Shown one piece after another: positions 13,360-27,160 of a stretch of DNA of 64,000 bases. Positions within the stretch are counted from its first letter, which is position 1. Each line of letters starts with the position of its first letter. Under the pieces are notes generated by a model. That model searched no databases. It was not told the origin of the DNA and worked only from the letters and a program-made list of their open reading frames with translations. The position numbers and the translations under genes are program-made. This DNA is from Octopus sinensis (lineage: Eukaryota). The stretch lies in contig NC_043000.1 in NCBI RefSeq assembly GCF_006345805.1, positions 109,492,001-109,556,000 on the forward strand, read 5' to 3'.

Positions 13360-13800
13360 TACATACATACATTCATACATACATACATACATACATACAA
13401 ACATACATACATACATACATACATACATACATACATACCACACACACATACATAGATACATACATTCATACACACATAATAAATACATACATACACATAC
13501 ATACATACATAATACATAGACACATACACACATACACACATACATACATAAATACATACATACACACATACATACATACACACACATACATACATACATA
13601 CACATACACACACATACATACACATATACATACATACACACATACATACATACACATACATATACACATACATACACACATACATACATACATACACACA
13701 TAATACATACATACATACATAAATACATACATACATACATACACACACACATACACACACACATACATACATACATACATACATACATACATACATACAT
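13360..13800. repeat. (CATA)n/(CA)n compound microsatellite
   Basis: Seen directly. Similar blocks at 34157-34760, 40660-41130 and 56908-57350. Confidence 0.95.
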
Positions 13801-14559
13801 AAAACAAAGAGTCTTCTTACTATTAATTTGTTTGTATTTACATTTTATTTTTGCCTGTCTGTTATAACCTCCTATGTTACTCAAACGTCCGCTTCTTATT
13901 GCCTTCGCAATATTTGTGTTATCTTAGCCATATATATTTATATATGGTTGTATATAACGCATGTACATATGTGTGTTGCTAGAGTAGCACAAATATACAT
14001 ACATAATGTATATACCTGTCTGTATATATCTGCATATACGCATTTGTGTGCCGCTTTATGTTTTCTTGAATTCCTCACATAAGAGCAGCATTTTCTAACG
14101 AAGGGACAAAACTCTATCATAAGAATTTCGATGACAACTATAAATTTTTCCGTATTGAATTTTTGAGTGTTCTATGGATAAGTATCTATATACTGTATGT
14201 ATATATATGTATGTATTTATTTTATATATACATTGATGGATGTGTGAATGTTTGCATATATGAAACTCTGGGCTATATGCATGGCGCAGCTCTGAGCTGA
14301 AACTTAAAATATATATATATATATATATATTAATATATTATATATATATATAATATATATATTATAATATATATGTATATATATTTATATATTTATATAC
14401 ATATAAGAGGGATTGATTACTAAGTGGACATCCATTATGCTAGAGATAGAACCCCATATGGTCTGACTTACTAGAAAAGATGGTTCTCAAGAAATTCAGC
14501 AAAGCCAGAAACTAAGCGAGCAAGACAAATGAAAAAGATACAAATTATATATATATAAA

Positions 14560-15420
14560 TATGATTGTTTTTGGTTTTCGTTTCTAGCTTATTGTGAGTC
14601 TGTATCCGGTATAATTATTATATATGCATGTATATATACATGTAGATGTAGGTGTACATAATGTGTATGTATGCATATATTTTATTTATCTCCTTATGGT
14701 CTGACAGCGCCCGCATCAGGTTCGTTCCGATTCGTCGTTCGATCCACTTCTTAGTCCCCTTTTTTTATATTATATATATTATTATATGAAGATGCGGGTA
14801 TCTATTGCTTTACCTCTTCAATTTTCTCCCTATCCTCTATCTCTATGTCCTCCTTACCTATCCTTGCCTATAAACAAAATTCTTTACATGGTTACCACTA
14901 TTGAAAAGACTGTCCACGCGCTGTATCACTTTCTCCTTGCAGCAAAAAAGGCATCTCGTTCGTCCTTGTGTGGAATGCTGTATAGATTTTGATTTCTCGT
15001 TTGTAACGAATGTACTACAGTATTTTATTTTTGCAGTTTTATTGTTGTCTATGCCAGAAAAAAGGTCGTCTGTCCTCGTGTTTGTTTTGTACATGTATTA
15101 ATATTTTGCAGTCTATGTTAGTCTTGTTGTTCGTACTATTGTGCCCCGCTGCTGAAATTTATTTTAATCGCAGGAGCAATTGGATTAGTGTTCTATGCCT
15201 TCGAAACATGCCGACTCCTATAGCGACAATGATGACGGGGTTTTGCCTTGTGTAACTGTCCTGTATAGTTTTCGTTTTCGTTTCTTGTTTTTGTTTTTGC
15301 TTTTTCTGTTCTACTTATGTGATGTCGGTACTTCCGATAATTATTTATATGCATATATATACATGTAGATGTAGGTACGTCATATATGTTTGTATATGCA
15401 TATATATTTATCTCCTATAT
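14560..15420 (+). repeat. Two related copies of an unclassified interspersed repeat (also at 61790-62150)
   Basis: Shared block TATATGCAT(G/A)TATATA..CATGTAGATGTAGGT..TATGCATATA..TTTATCTCCT at ~14620-14695 and ~15345-15418, and a related block at ~62075-62150. Confidence 0.55.
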
Positions 15421-15841
15421 ATATATATATATATAGCATATATCTAATATATATATAATATATTGCATATATATATATATAGTTTCTGTGTTGGTGGTGT
15501 TTGGTGTTATTAATTTCAGGCATGATGACATTAGCAAGATTCCGCGTAGTTTAAGATATATTTTGTAATCTGGTCTGAACAACGTCTCGTTGATAAGTAA
15601 AAGGTGTTTCTCCGATTTTCAACAAAAGTATAGCAACAGTTACAGAGTTTAGCTGCAGGAGTCGCTACAACTGTCGCAGAAAACGTTCAAAATGGTACTT
15701 CAGACAATTCTCTACGTCTTTGCTTTTTTGTTGACGGCGCCATCTAGTATAAGGTTGTATATATGAATGTATGTGCGGGCGTGTTCAGGGCGTGTTATGT
15801 ATGTTTATAGGTATATGTATATATTTGTATATATTATATAG

Positions 15842-15875
<34 letters not shown>

Positions 15876-16456
15876 TATATATGTATGTACGTATATATGT
15901 GTGTATGAATCTATGTATGTATCTATATTCACTCGTTAAAACCCTTTTTTCTTTCGATAATAGGAAATGTAATAACGGAATTGGTAAGTGTGAACATGAG
16001 TTCCACCCACATTAAACGGCTGCTGTAAACGTAGAATTATCTCGACTTGATAAGATAACGTATGGCAGAGGCTGACACATAAAACGGTCAACCATTTATT
16101 GGAATGGAGCGAAGACATGTGGAATCAGCTGGCATGGCATGGATATGGAAGTAAAGACCTTTAGAATCAACGGCTGGCTTTAAAAGACATCAGTGTGGAT
16201 GTGTTTAAGCTTGTCTTTGTGTGTGTGTGTGTGTGTGTGTGTGTGGTGTGTATGTGCGCGTACGTGTGTGCGTGTTTGTGTGTTTGTGTGTATGTATGCA
16301 TGTGTGTAATGGTTGATAGTCAAGAATTTGGGTAAAAAAAATATCACAATCTCATAATGATGCTAAATGTGGAGAGGTTTTGGAGAGGCAAAAAATTTCG
16401 GAAGAACAAAGCGGACAACAGCAATAACAACAGCAATGGCAACAACAAAAATAACA

Positions 16457-16514
<58 letters not shown>

Positions 16515-16669
16515 TCACCACCCACACCACTGCAACTATAGTGAGCCAACAGGGGAACCTTTTTCGTAGTCACTCCAAATGCTAAAAATAGCAGTTTATT
16601 TCATTCTACATTTTTAAAACAATGAAAGAAACATTTGAAAATGTAATCCAGAAAAATAGTAGCCAGGCG

Positions 16670-16830
16670 TGCCCTAGGGGCACTAAGGAGGAGATGGTTG
16701 GATAATATTCTTAATCTCAGTTGGTCGCATATGGGGACCGAGCCAGGAAGTGTAATGATGGGTGCTTTTGACCCCATGGAGGAAAGAGGACTCTTGCCCC
16801 CGTGACTCTCTCAGGAATAATGGGTGGGAG
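16670..16830 (+). mobile_element. RTE-clade (Rex3/Expander-like) LINE 3' end relic
   Basis: LRRRWLDNILNLSWSHMGTEPGSV...LLPP* resembles the RTE C-terminal RxRWxDxxxxLxWxxLG..LLPP motif. Confidence 0.55.
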
Positions 16831-17127
16831 AAAAAAGGTTGAATGGATATTTCTTAAACCATATCCTGTAATCTTTAAAGCCGAAGGACACACCGGAGAG
16901 TGTAGTCTTTGACTAAATATAATTGAATAAAGAACGGATGATCAGGGTGGGAACGTGTTTAATTAAGTCTGCTGGATCAGAATTGGTCTAGAAGTAAACA
17001 CCAACATCATCGATCGTAACATCAACAAAAGCCCGTAATTGAAATCAACTGGTGATCATCAGTTAACGGTGTGAAACCGCGCTATGCATATAATGGTATA
17101 ATCCGCCCCCACGCCATTTATTTTAAT

Positions 17128-17347
17128 ACTCTTTACTCTCTTTTACTCTTTTACTTGTTTCAGTCATTTTGACTGCGGCCATGCTGGAGGACTGCCTTTA
17201 GTCGAGCAAATCGACCCCGGGACTTATTCTTTGTAAGCCCAGTGCTTATTCTATCGGTCTCTTTTGCCGAACCGCTAAGTGACGGGGACGTGAACACACC
17301 AGCATCGGTTGTCAAGCAATGCTAGGGGGACAAACACAGACACACAA

Positions 17348-17380
<33 letters not shown>

Positions 17381-17549
17381 CATATATACGACAGGCTTCT
17401 TTCAGTTTCCGTCTACCAAATCCACTCACAAGGCATTGGTCGGCCCGGGGCTATAGCAGAAGACACTTGCCCAAGATGCCACGCAGTGGGACTGAACCCA
17501 GAACCATATGGTTGGTTAGCAAGCTACTTACCACACAGCCACTCCTGCG
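17128..17549 (-). mobile_element. CORE-type SINE family A, young full-length copy
   Basis: Reverse complement is nearly identical to 26591-27050 and 62637-63072. Confidence 0.92.
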
Positions 17550-18466
17550 TATTTTTCTTCAAGAACTTTAACAAATCCTACAATAACGTGTTTCCCTTCA
17601 TATAAGATATGCATCTATGAAGTGACTTTGTTTTACAAGAGCGAGCAATGACTCAAACAGTTTCTTATAATCTCGCCATACAACAGATTTCGACGGTTTT
17701 GCTTTGCTTCCTTAAAAACAGCTTTGTTGGTGCTTCTTGCAACCTTGATGGTAGAGATAGTAGAGATCATTGATGTACTAAACTTGCTGACAAAAAATAA
17801 GGACTAAGATAAATAAATAAAACAACAATGAACGTATTTATCTGACAACCCAACAGATATCCATACGCCATTTTTGCAGACTTCACTACAAATGCTTATT
17901 GAGCAAGCAAGGATATACCTCATAAGTTAATGCTACGAATCATCTAACGTTTCGGATATTCCACCTGCTTCAGAGTGAAGGAATAAGAGCTTCCCGAACT
18001 TTATTCGTTTCCTTCGCTTCATTCTCTTTCCGAATGTAAGGTCGTCATGCGAAATACACACGCACTGATATTCTTTTTTCCTTTTAAATCTTAGAGTGAA
18101 TTTAGAATACTTTTTATTTAGAATACTCTCTCAACACGTGTTACCTGCTTCTCTTCTGGTCTATGGTATTCAGCCCTTTAAGCTTTCTGTGAAACGATTA
18201 CATCTTTTAAATTTGTAGGGTTCCTTCTTTTCATTCTTTGTAGTCCCTTACACCAAACAAAATTTCATTTACTTATTTATTGTAAAAAACAAAAACAAAA
18301 AAATGCTTCGCTTGTCTCAGTATATTGTATAACCCTAGACTCCCATTTATATGCAACTAAGATGTATATAACTATATATACTCGCAGCATGGTTTTTTGG
18401 AATCTCATTTCGTAATGCTCGTTTCGTATGTATGAATGAGCCCTGGTGGCAAAATAAAAGAAAGAG

Positions 18467-18528
<62 letters not shown>

Positions 18529-18713
18529 GATGTTGTTGTTGAAAGACTTCACCTGTTTTTAATTATACATGTTAGTTCTGTTCTACGTGAAGTCAGTAAA
18601 AAGATACGTGTTTATGTTAGTTTTAGTGTTGTTATATGTAGGTTTTTGAATATTCATCATATTACCTACATGAATATGTGTGCATCCTGGGTCTAAAGGC
18701 GTGTATATATATA

Positions 18714-18761
<48 letters not shown>

Positions 18762-18822
18762 TATACTTATATATAATATATATATATATATTAGATTATA
18801 TACTATATATATACTTATTATA

Positions 18823-18857
<35 letters not shown>

Positions 18858-19076
18858 TATATGTAGTATGTATGTATCTTGAGTCAGGTATGTAATATTC
18901 GTGTATTTGTTGTTATATTACGTATGCAGAGATTCATGCATATATATGTGCATATATGTATGTATGTATAATATATATATATATATATCTATGTGATATA
19001 TATATGTGTGTATGTATATATACGTATATACATCTGCTTATATATCAATGTTATTTAACTACATGCTATATATTTG

Positions 19077-19109
<33 letters not shown>

Positions 19110-19157
19110 CTCTGTCAACCTAACAATCTATATAATGCACGTATATTTATATGAGAG

Positions 19158-19198
<41 letters not shown>

Positions 19199-19781
19199 AA
19201 CAGTAAAGAGAAAGAGCCATATGCATTTAGTAAAGAAGTGCCAGCATGCAGCGAGTCTCGTCGCACACGTGCTTCGATCTGTGACTATTTATTCAAACCT
19301 TCTTACTCATCTCTATTTACACAACAAATTATAAACAGGGCAACATTTTACGTGTCAAAAGCCTCCTCCACTAATGGACATTCCCTCACTCAACTTCACT
19401 CCCGGTGATGCACTTTGGCTCCAATTTCCCTCCCTCCCCTCCCCCTTCCTTTTTTTTCACTTAATGTACTTTCATCCATTTCTTATTGTTGTTTCATTTT
19501 CCTATTTCTTTGCTAAGCTTTTCGATGTAGCTTTTATTTTCTTTCTATAGTCCAGGTCATTAGTTCTTGTTTACCTGGTGAACAGAGGCATATACATACC
19601 TATCTATACCTACATCGCCAACAACTAACCGGCTTCTCCATCGGCACACCAATATTACAGCTCACCACTACCACCACCACCACCACCACCACCACCACCA
19701 CCATCATCCCCACCCACTTGATTACAACTACTACCATTCCCACTACCACCACCCGACTCCTGGAAAGCGTATTGTTGCACG

Positions 19782-20169
19782 GGGAGGTGCAATGGCCCAG
19801 TGGTTAGGGCAGCGGACTCGCGGTCATAGGATCGCGGTTTCGATTCCCAGACCGGGCGTTGTGAGTGTTTATTGAGCGAAAACACCTAAAGCTCCACGAG
19901 GCTCCGACAGGGGATGGTGGTGATCCCTGCTGTACTCTTTCACCACAACTTTCTCTCACTCTTACTTCCTGTCTCTGTTGTACCTGTATTTCAAAGGGCC
20001 GGCCTTGTCATTCTCTGTGTCACGCTGAATATCCCCGAGAACTACGTTAAGGGTACACGTGTCTGTGGAGTGCTCAGCCACTTACACGTTAATTTCACGA
20101 GCAGGCTGTTCCGTTGATTCGGATCAACCGGAACCCTCATCGTCGTAACCGACGGAGTGCTTCCAGTCC
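19782..20169 (+). mobile_element. tRNA-derived SINE family B (tail type 1) with 11-bp TSD
   Basis: Head GGAGGTGCAATGGCCCAGTGGTTAGGGCAGCGGACTCG..GGTTTCGATTCCC. TSD ATTGTTGCACG at 19771-19781 and 20170-20180. Confidence 0.92.
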
Positions 20170-20236
20170 ATTGTTGCACGAAACCGCCACCATCACCACC
20201 CCACACATCGTTTTTGCGTTCGCAAATATAGTCACG

Positions 20237-20395
20237 GGCATGGCAGTGTGGCTACGAAGCTTGCTTTGGCTCACAAGCATTTGCGTTCAGTCCCACGACT
20301 TGGCATTTTAGACAAGAGTCTTTTAGTCTGGCTCTGGGTCGACCAATGCCTTGTGAGTCAATCTGGTGGACGGAAACTGTGTGGAAACCCGTCCT

Positions 20396-20469
<74 letters not shown>

Positions 20470-20594
20470 ATACGATGACGGATTAACTGACCGAAAGTTC
20501 GAAGTCACTGTCAACAATATTCTTGGTGAAGAATAAAACTGCACTTCACGAAAATTGTTTTTATTATACTTAACCATTAAAAACAAGCAACCAA

Positions 20595-20626
<32 letters not shown>

Positions 20627-20680
20627 CACACACACACACACACACACACACGCACGCACGCACCCACACACACCACACAC

Positions 20681-20735
<55 letters not shown>

Positions 20736-21370
20736 CACATACATATATGTGAGTGTATGTTTGCGCATGTGTTGTGGTGGCCCCCGTCTGGGAATTTCAG
20801 TTTTGAGGAGTGTGGAACAACCCCCAAAGCCGCTACTGTTTTACACAGACCCTCAAACCCGGATTAGTAGCTCCTGTCAAGATGGCAGCTATGGAGGAAT
20901 TAGTGTATTAGGGCTTGAGATTATCTCTGCGCCTGAAGACTGGATCCTGTAGACTCTGCGGATGAAAGGTTCTTTGTTGAACGGAGAAGGAGACAGCTGC
21001 AGAGATGAAGATGAGGCAAGACATCTGGGTCATCCACTTCATCCGTCTCCATTCTCAATCGTCTTGACCTTGTCTGGCCACAGGATTAAAGATGGTCAAG
21101 GAATTAGGAGTGAGACTGACGAAGCGCTGCTCCTTTTCTTGAAGGACGTCTTGATGGTCCTTGTCGTTCCGACAGACGAACATGAGGATGATGCCCCCTT
21201 GACTGTCTAACAATCTGTGTTGGCTTGTTTACGTCCCCCGATTCGGCTAAAGAGACCGATAGAACAAGTACCAGATTTATCTAAATAAATACTGGGGTCG
21301 ACTGTTGGACTCCATCCTTAAACACGATGCCCAAGCATGGTCGCATTCCAGTGATTGAAACGGATAAAAG
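20237..21370 (+). mobile_element. Diverged family A SINE split by insertions, including a GC-richer segment (20770-21210) that may be a LINE 5' UTR
   Basis: Family A head at 20237-20395 and tail at ~21211-21370. Confidence 0.55.
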
Positions 21371-21382
21371 TTATCAACGACG

Positions 21383-21453
<71 letters not shown>

Positions 21454-21574
21454 ACTACTACTACTACTACTACTACTAACTACTACTACTACTACTACTA
21501 GAGTCATTATTTAGCGGCCGAGGCAAGAACCATCATGAATCCAACAGCCGGTCGCACTCGCTAATTCCTTTAAC

Positions 21575-22100
21575 TAAGAACAATTATACAAATGTGGAGG
21601 AGGCAATACTTGGTCGATATTTTGATATCATTTACTGAAAAAGAATAAAAGACAATGTCGACTTGAGAAGCATTTGAACTCAGAGCGTAAAGTGTCATAT
21701 CTAAATGACACTTTACATAGAGGCAGGCATCGCTTTGCAAGCTCAAAGTTCCAGGTTCAGTCCCACTGCTTGGCGCCTCCTCGGACAAATATCTTCTACT
21801 ATAGATCCGGGCTAAACAATGCCTTCTGAATGAATTTTGTAAACGGAAACTGTATTAAAGCCGGTGATATCTATTTGTATTTTTGAGCGTGTTTTTGTAT
21901 TTGTGTTTGTCCCCGCCGCTGCTTGAAACCGGTGTTGCTTTGTTTACGTCTCCGTATTTTAGCAGTTCAGCAAATGAAAATCGATAGAATAAGTGCCATG
22001 TTTGAAAATAATAGGGCCGATTTGTTCGGCTACAGCCGTTTAAGTAGGTGCCCCAGCATGACCGCAGTCCAATGACTATAGCAATTAAATCATAAAATAT
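21575..22100. mobile_element. Old SINE C fragment (minus, ~21575-21690) and old SINE A copy (plus, ~21720-22100)
   Basis: rc of GTTCAAATGC..GTCGAC, then GTTCCAGGTTCAGTCCCACTG..CCCAGCATGACCGCAGTCCAATGACT. Confidence 0.65.
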
Positions 22101-22482
22101 AAAAGGCGGGTAACAGCGTGGTAGAAACGCTTCGGTGCCGGATTAAATGTGAGTGTCGGATTAAATGCCTTCTTACATTGAATTTGTGAACTTTAGGGGC
22201 GAATGAGAGTACTTAGATCCTTTTTCACAAAATATACGACCCAGCAGCATCGAGAAGGAAACGAAATACCAGCACGAAGTGATTTTTGTGAGAAACGCAT
22301 GCGAATGTCCAGAATTGATATCACGAAACGTTCACTTCAATCTATTTTCAGTTTCTTTTCATTTGTATTTCAGAGAGATTAAGTCGTGTTTTTTAAGCAA
22401 TTGTAACCGGTGGAATATCTTGATAAAAATGTTAATAACCTTTTTCTTTTATCCATGATAACGTTCCCAAAATAGTTTCTTA

Positions 22483-22513
<31 letters not shown>

Positions 22514-23093
22514 GGGATAAATATTTTATATATAAAGAACGTGAAATACAGGAAGGGACAAACACGGAACACAGACAAATCATCGAAGCCTTCAATCTTC
22601 AGTCAGACACCGAATCATCATAGCAATGTCGGCTGTTCAATTTGATATTTGCTCCAACTCGGCCAGCCCCAAGAAAAAAAACTAAGCTGTAAGCAGAGAT
22701 TCTTGGTAGAAGACGGAATGTGAACGCACGAGACGGATGTAAATACGAGAGACGAAAACGAAATTGAAAACGGTAACGGTAAACAAAAATATAATATAAC
22801 GGGGGTTTCATACGACTTTAGACCAAATGAGAAAAAAAAAACAACAACATAGCAGCTGGCGTAGAAATAATTACCTTTTCGGTAGAGGGGACCAAATACA
22901 GATGTTGGCGAGATACGATCGCCAACGAAATGGTGGAGAGCAGCAGGTTGCAGGGGGAGAGAGAGAAAAGAGACAGAGAGAGAGAGGGAATCAAAGAGGG
23001 TGGAAGGCAGGGGACAGAAATCAGTCAGAGACCAAGAGAAAAAAGAGAGAGAAGGATTGAGGGGATGGAGGGAGAGGGGGGGAAGAAAAGTTG

Positions 23094-23125
<32 letters not shown>

Positions 23126-23450
23126 GTGTGTGTATATATATAATACGCATGTCTGTCTGTCTGCCTGTATATATCTATATCTATATATATCTATATATAT
23201 ATCATATATTGTTTTATATATATATATACATACAAATTTAAAGCATACACAGTAAAAGAGAACTCAATATCATATGAAATGGAAAGTTCGAGAACAAAGC
23301 AGTTCCTCTACTCTTTCCACGAGTCGCTGTCTTTTATATACTGACAAAAGGCCGTAATACTGAACAGATGTAAAGCTTCGTCTCACTACTTAAATACACG
23401 ATCGGAATTTTTGGGCAGATGCCGCCACTTTCACAAATATTTATGAAAAT

Positions 23451-23690
23451 GTTGGCAACCTGCAACACCAGCAGATATCTGCAAAACTTTCTTTTTTTTT
23501 TTGGAGATGCAAATGTCAGGATCTCCCATATTTCTGTATACACACTTACGTCAGTTGTGGAATTGCAAACATTCTAATTTTACCCATTTATTACCAGTTC
23601 ATACAGTATATAAGACCAGCCATCCGCCCATCTTTGGCTTGACTTGAAACTCAGCTATATTACTTTAAACAACACAGTAAGAGGTAACAT
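23451..23690 (+). promoter_or_regulatory. Candidate Pol II promoter/enhancer
   Basis: X-box-like GTTGGCAAC (23451), octamer ATGCAAAT (23507), TTACGTCA (23546), TATATAAG (23607), and possible donors GTAAGA (23677) and GTAACA (23684), all in unique sequence. Confidence 0.3.
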
Positions 23691-24141
23691 AAATGTCAGT
23701 TGTAAGGAAAATAACCTCAACAAATTAGCCACAGGTTTTTCCTCTTTTGCGTTATTATATGCAAGACAGTAAATAGCCACTCACTCAATTGCGGTTTCAT
23801 AGATTCGATATTCAACGGATAACTATCTATAAGATGTAACGGATGAGTATCCATGAGATTTTTATGCTATTCAATTGGTGAAACTATAAGTAACAAATAT
23901 ATCCATCACGTAAAGTATAATTACTCTGTTCTCAGGACGGATCAGTTGTAACGATATACGAATAGTACATTCCAACAGTTTCAAATCAGCGTATGTCTTC
24001 GGCTTTTTAGGGGCCACGTTTCTGAGGCGTACATTGTGATAGAGAAAATAAGGGCTGTGTAAAGACTAACTTCGTGTAGATGGCTGATATCCCTTCTATT
24101 TCGAGGTCATACTTCTGTCCAGAGTTACCTCTCTTTGGGTT

Positions 24142-24185
24142 TTCCCCATTGATAACGGCCAAAGAGCTAGAAACGCGCCTGGGAA
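24142..24185 (+). ncRNA. Degenerate minimal type I hammerhead ribozyme (Penelope-like pLTR relic)
   Basis: TTCCCCA-[T]TGAT[A]A-CGGC.CAAAGA.GCTA-GAAA-CGCG[C]C-TGGGAA. Stem I pairs, with a GAAACGCG palindromic stem III. The core is mutated. Confidence 0.5.
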
Positions 24186-24390
24186 TCCGACAGTAGGCAA
24201 CACTAGAACGATATGGTATTTTTATACCTTTTTACATAAAGAAAGGGTTTTCTGCAATGAATTTGCCTTTCGAAGTTCAAATATATGACAAACATATTTT
24301 AAATAAACCTAAAGTTCGCTTATGCCTAAACATTGCTTCGCATTGATATTACTGTACTCTATATATATATATATACACACACACATATTT

Positions 24391-24679
24391 ATCACATGAT
24401 CACATGACCGACCAGACCATCAGATGTTGTTACACATCGCTGGTCACAATGCGTTCGCATTGTTTTAGCCTTGAATGACGCCACCCCGCTGGCTAAGCGA
24501 GCAGGCCAACAGAAGAAGAAAGAGTGGTTGAAAGAGTACAGCAGAGATCACCACCCCCTGCCGGAGCCTCGTGGAGCTTTAGGTGTTCCGCTCAATAAAC
24601 ACTCACAACGCCCGTCCTGGGATCGAAACCGCGATCCTACGACCGAGTCCGCTGCCCTAACCACTAAGCCATTGCACCT

Positions 24680-24681
<2 letters not shown>
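24391..24681 (-). mobile_element. SINE family B (tail type 2)
   Basis: Same head and core as 19782 (rc), followed by a different tail ending GGTCGGTCATGTGATCATGTGAT. Confidence 0.9.
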
Positions 24682-24758
<77 letters not shown>

Positions 24759-25330
24759 CATACATACATACATATATAGATACTTACATGCATACATACA
24801 CACATATATGTATGTATGTGGGTGTGTGTATTTTTGTGTGTGTGTATGTGGAGAGGGAGAGAATGACAAGTAGTAAGAGAGACGGACGTATGTATGTATG
24901 TTTCGTATGCACCCGTAATGAGTGTGGGGAGAGTTTGTAAAGTGCTTTTATGTTGAAAGAAACGCATTTTAAATTCTCATGAGGAACTGAACTGAAAACC
25001 CCAAAATAAAAGAAAAGGAACATCATGGACATTTTAGTGTGAGGCAACGTGAAGTAAAAGCAGGCATTTCGAATTTGTTGAGTAATTTGTGCGGTTCAGA
25101 GTCTCTCTCCTCTCTCTCTCTCTCTATCTCTCTCTCTCTATCTATCTATCTATCTCTCTACTTACCTATTTATCTATCTGTCTATCTGTCTATCCTCCTG
25201 TGTGTGTGTGTATATATAAATATATATTACATAATATATTATATAATATATTTATGATATGTATATGCATATGTCACTATCATCTATCTATATACATAGA
25301 CAGACATACACATACACACACATATATATA

Positions 25331-25365
<35 letters not shown>

Positions 25366-25500
25366 GTGTGTGCGTGTTTGTGTGTGTATCTACTGCCAAA
25401 TTTATGCTTATTTTCCAGCTATATACATATTATACATTCATATATACATTCATATATATATATATATATTCACAACACAAAGGCAGAGAGTGTGAGAGAG

Positions 25501-25549
<49 letters not shown>

Positions 25550-26071
25550 TAAGTAGATTGATGTAAGGGACTAGATTGAAAGTGAGAGAAAAGAAAAGAG
25601 AGGAAAGGTGAAAGAGGGTTTGTGAAAGTCGCAGATTTTGGAATGATACGATAGAAAAAGCGGTGTCAAGTAGAAGTGTAGGTTGAAACGACATGTCAGA
25701 AGCGGGGAAAAAAATGCATAATTTAAAATTGAAGAGATAACGATGAGTTGCTGAGATAGGCTTGTAGAGACGAGGGGGTCATGCTATATATGTGTTGGCA
25801 CTGGAAGGGAAGTTCAGTAAGGATAGCAGAAAAGTTAAGGAGGGTTTGAAGCACACTCCAATATCTTAAAAGCCCTGATATTTCGTAGGATAAAAAAATG
25901 AAAATAAGAGCCTACCTATTTGGCTTAGCTCCTCTCCGCCTCCCTCTCTTCCTCTCCCCTCCTCTCTCTCTCTCTCTCTGTTTCTTTCACTTCCAGAAGA
26001 AACGTGCTGAAAGAAATCCACGTAATCCTGTGAAATGTTGAGTCGTGATTTAAACAAAATCAGCTGTAAAT

Positions 26072-26757
26072 GGGCATGGCCGTGTGGTTAAGAACTTTGC
26101 AGTGTAGTTTGAGTGGCTTGGGTTCAATCTCATTACGCGGAACCTAGGTCAAGTGTCATTTACTACAGCACCAGACCGACTAATGCCTTATGAGAGATTT
26201 CGGCAGGCAGAGACTTCGCGGAAGCTCGTCGTGTGTGTACATATATATATACACACACATACACACAAACATACACACGTATACACACACACACACACAC
26301 ATACACACACACACACACATATTGTTTACGAGCATCCTTTGAAAATTTTATGTAAAGATTTCTTTTTCAGTCTATCATTTATTGCTATATCTGCTTCGAG
26401 TCTAACCGTGAAAATGCGCGTGCGCGTGTGTGCGAGCGTGCGTGCGTGTGTGTGTGTGTGTATTGTGTCTGTCCCCTCACTGTTGGACAACCGGTGCTGG
26501 GTAATTTACATCGCCGTAACTTATCCATTCGACTAGAGATTCCGACAGATTAAGCACCACGCTTCAAAAATTAAAAAAAAAAAAACGACATAGGCGCAGG
26601 AGTGGCTGTGTGGTAAGTAGCTTGCTTACCAACCACATGGTTCCGGGTTCAGTCCCACTGCGTGGTATGTTGGGCAAGTGTCTTCTACTATAGCCTCGGG
26701 CCGACCAAAGCCTTGTGAGTGGATTTGGTAGACGGAAACTGAAAGAAGCCTGTCGTA

Positions 26758-26805
<48 letters not shown>

Positions 26806-27160
26806 ATATATAATATATATGCATGTGTGTGTTTGTGTGTCTGTGTTTGTCCCCCTAGCATTGCTTGACAACCGATGCTGGTGTGTTTATGTCCCCGTTA
26901 CTTAGCGGTTCGGCAAAAGAGACTGATAGAATAAGTACTGGGCTTACAAAAAGAATAAGTCCCGGGGTCGAGTTGCTCGATTAAAGGCGGTGCTCCAGCA
27001 TGGCTGCAGTCAAATGACTGAAACAAGTAAAAGAGTAAAAGAGTAAAAGAGAGACATAATTATTGGGATTTGATTTCTTCGACCGAAACGCTTCAAGACT
27101 GTGCCCCAGCATGGCCACAGTCCAATAACTGAAACAATCGATATATAAAACATAAAGATA
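26072..27160 (+). mobile_element. Young family A SINE (26591-27050) nested in an older family A copy (26072-26565 plus tail 27060-27160)
   Basis: Full GGCGCAGGAGTGGCTGTGTGGTAAG..TTGGGCAAGTG..AAGTAAAAGAG copy, possibly flanked by GACATA. The older head lies upstream and the older tail downstream. Confidence 0.85.

Noticed and set aside
19782-19860. tRNA-like sequences (also 24610-24681 and 42765-42840)
   Set aside because: They are SINE heads. They continue into a SINE core and tail, one has a TSD, and they lack a proper acceptor stem.
20241-20260. miR-34-like TGGCAGTGTGG (and let-7-like TGAGGTAG near 60731)
   Set aside because: Seed-length matches only, with no precursor hairpin; the first lies in a SINE A-box.
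20749-21210. Two short ORFs in a GC-richer block
   Set aside because: The block is inserted within a SINE and has no domain motif. Likely a repeat UTR.
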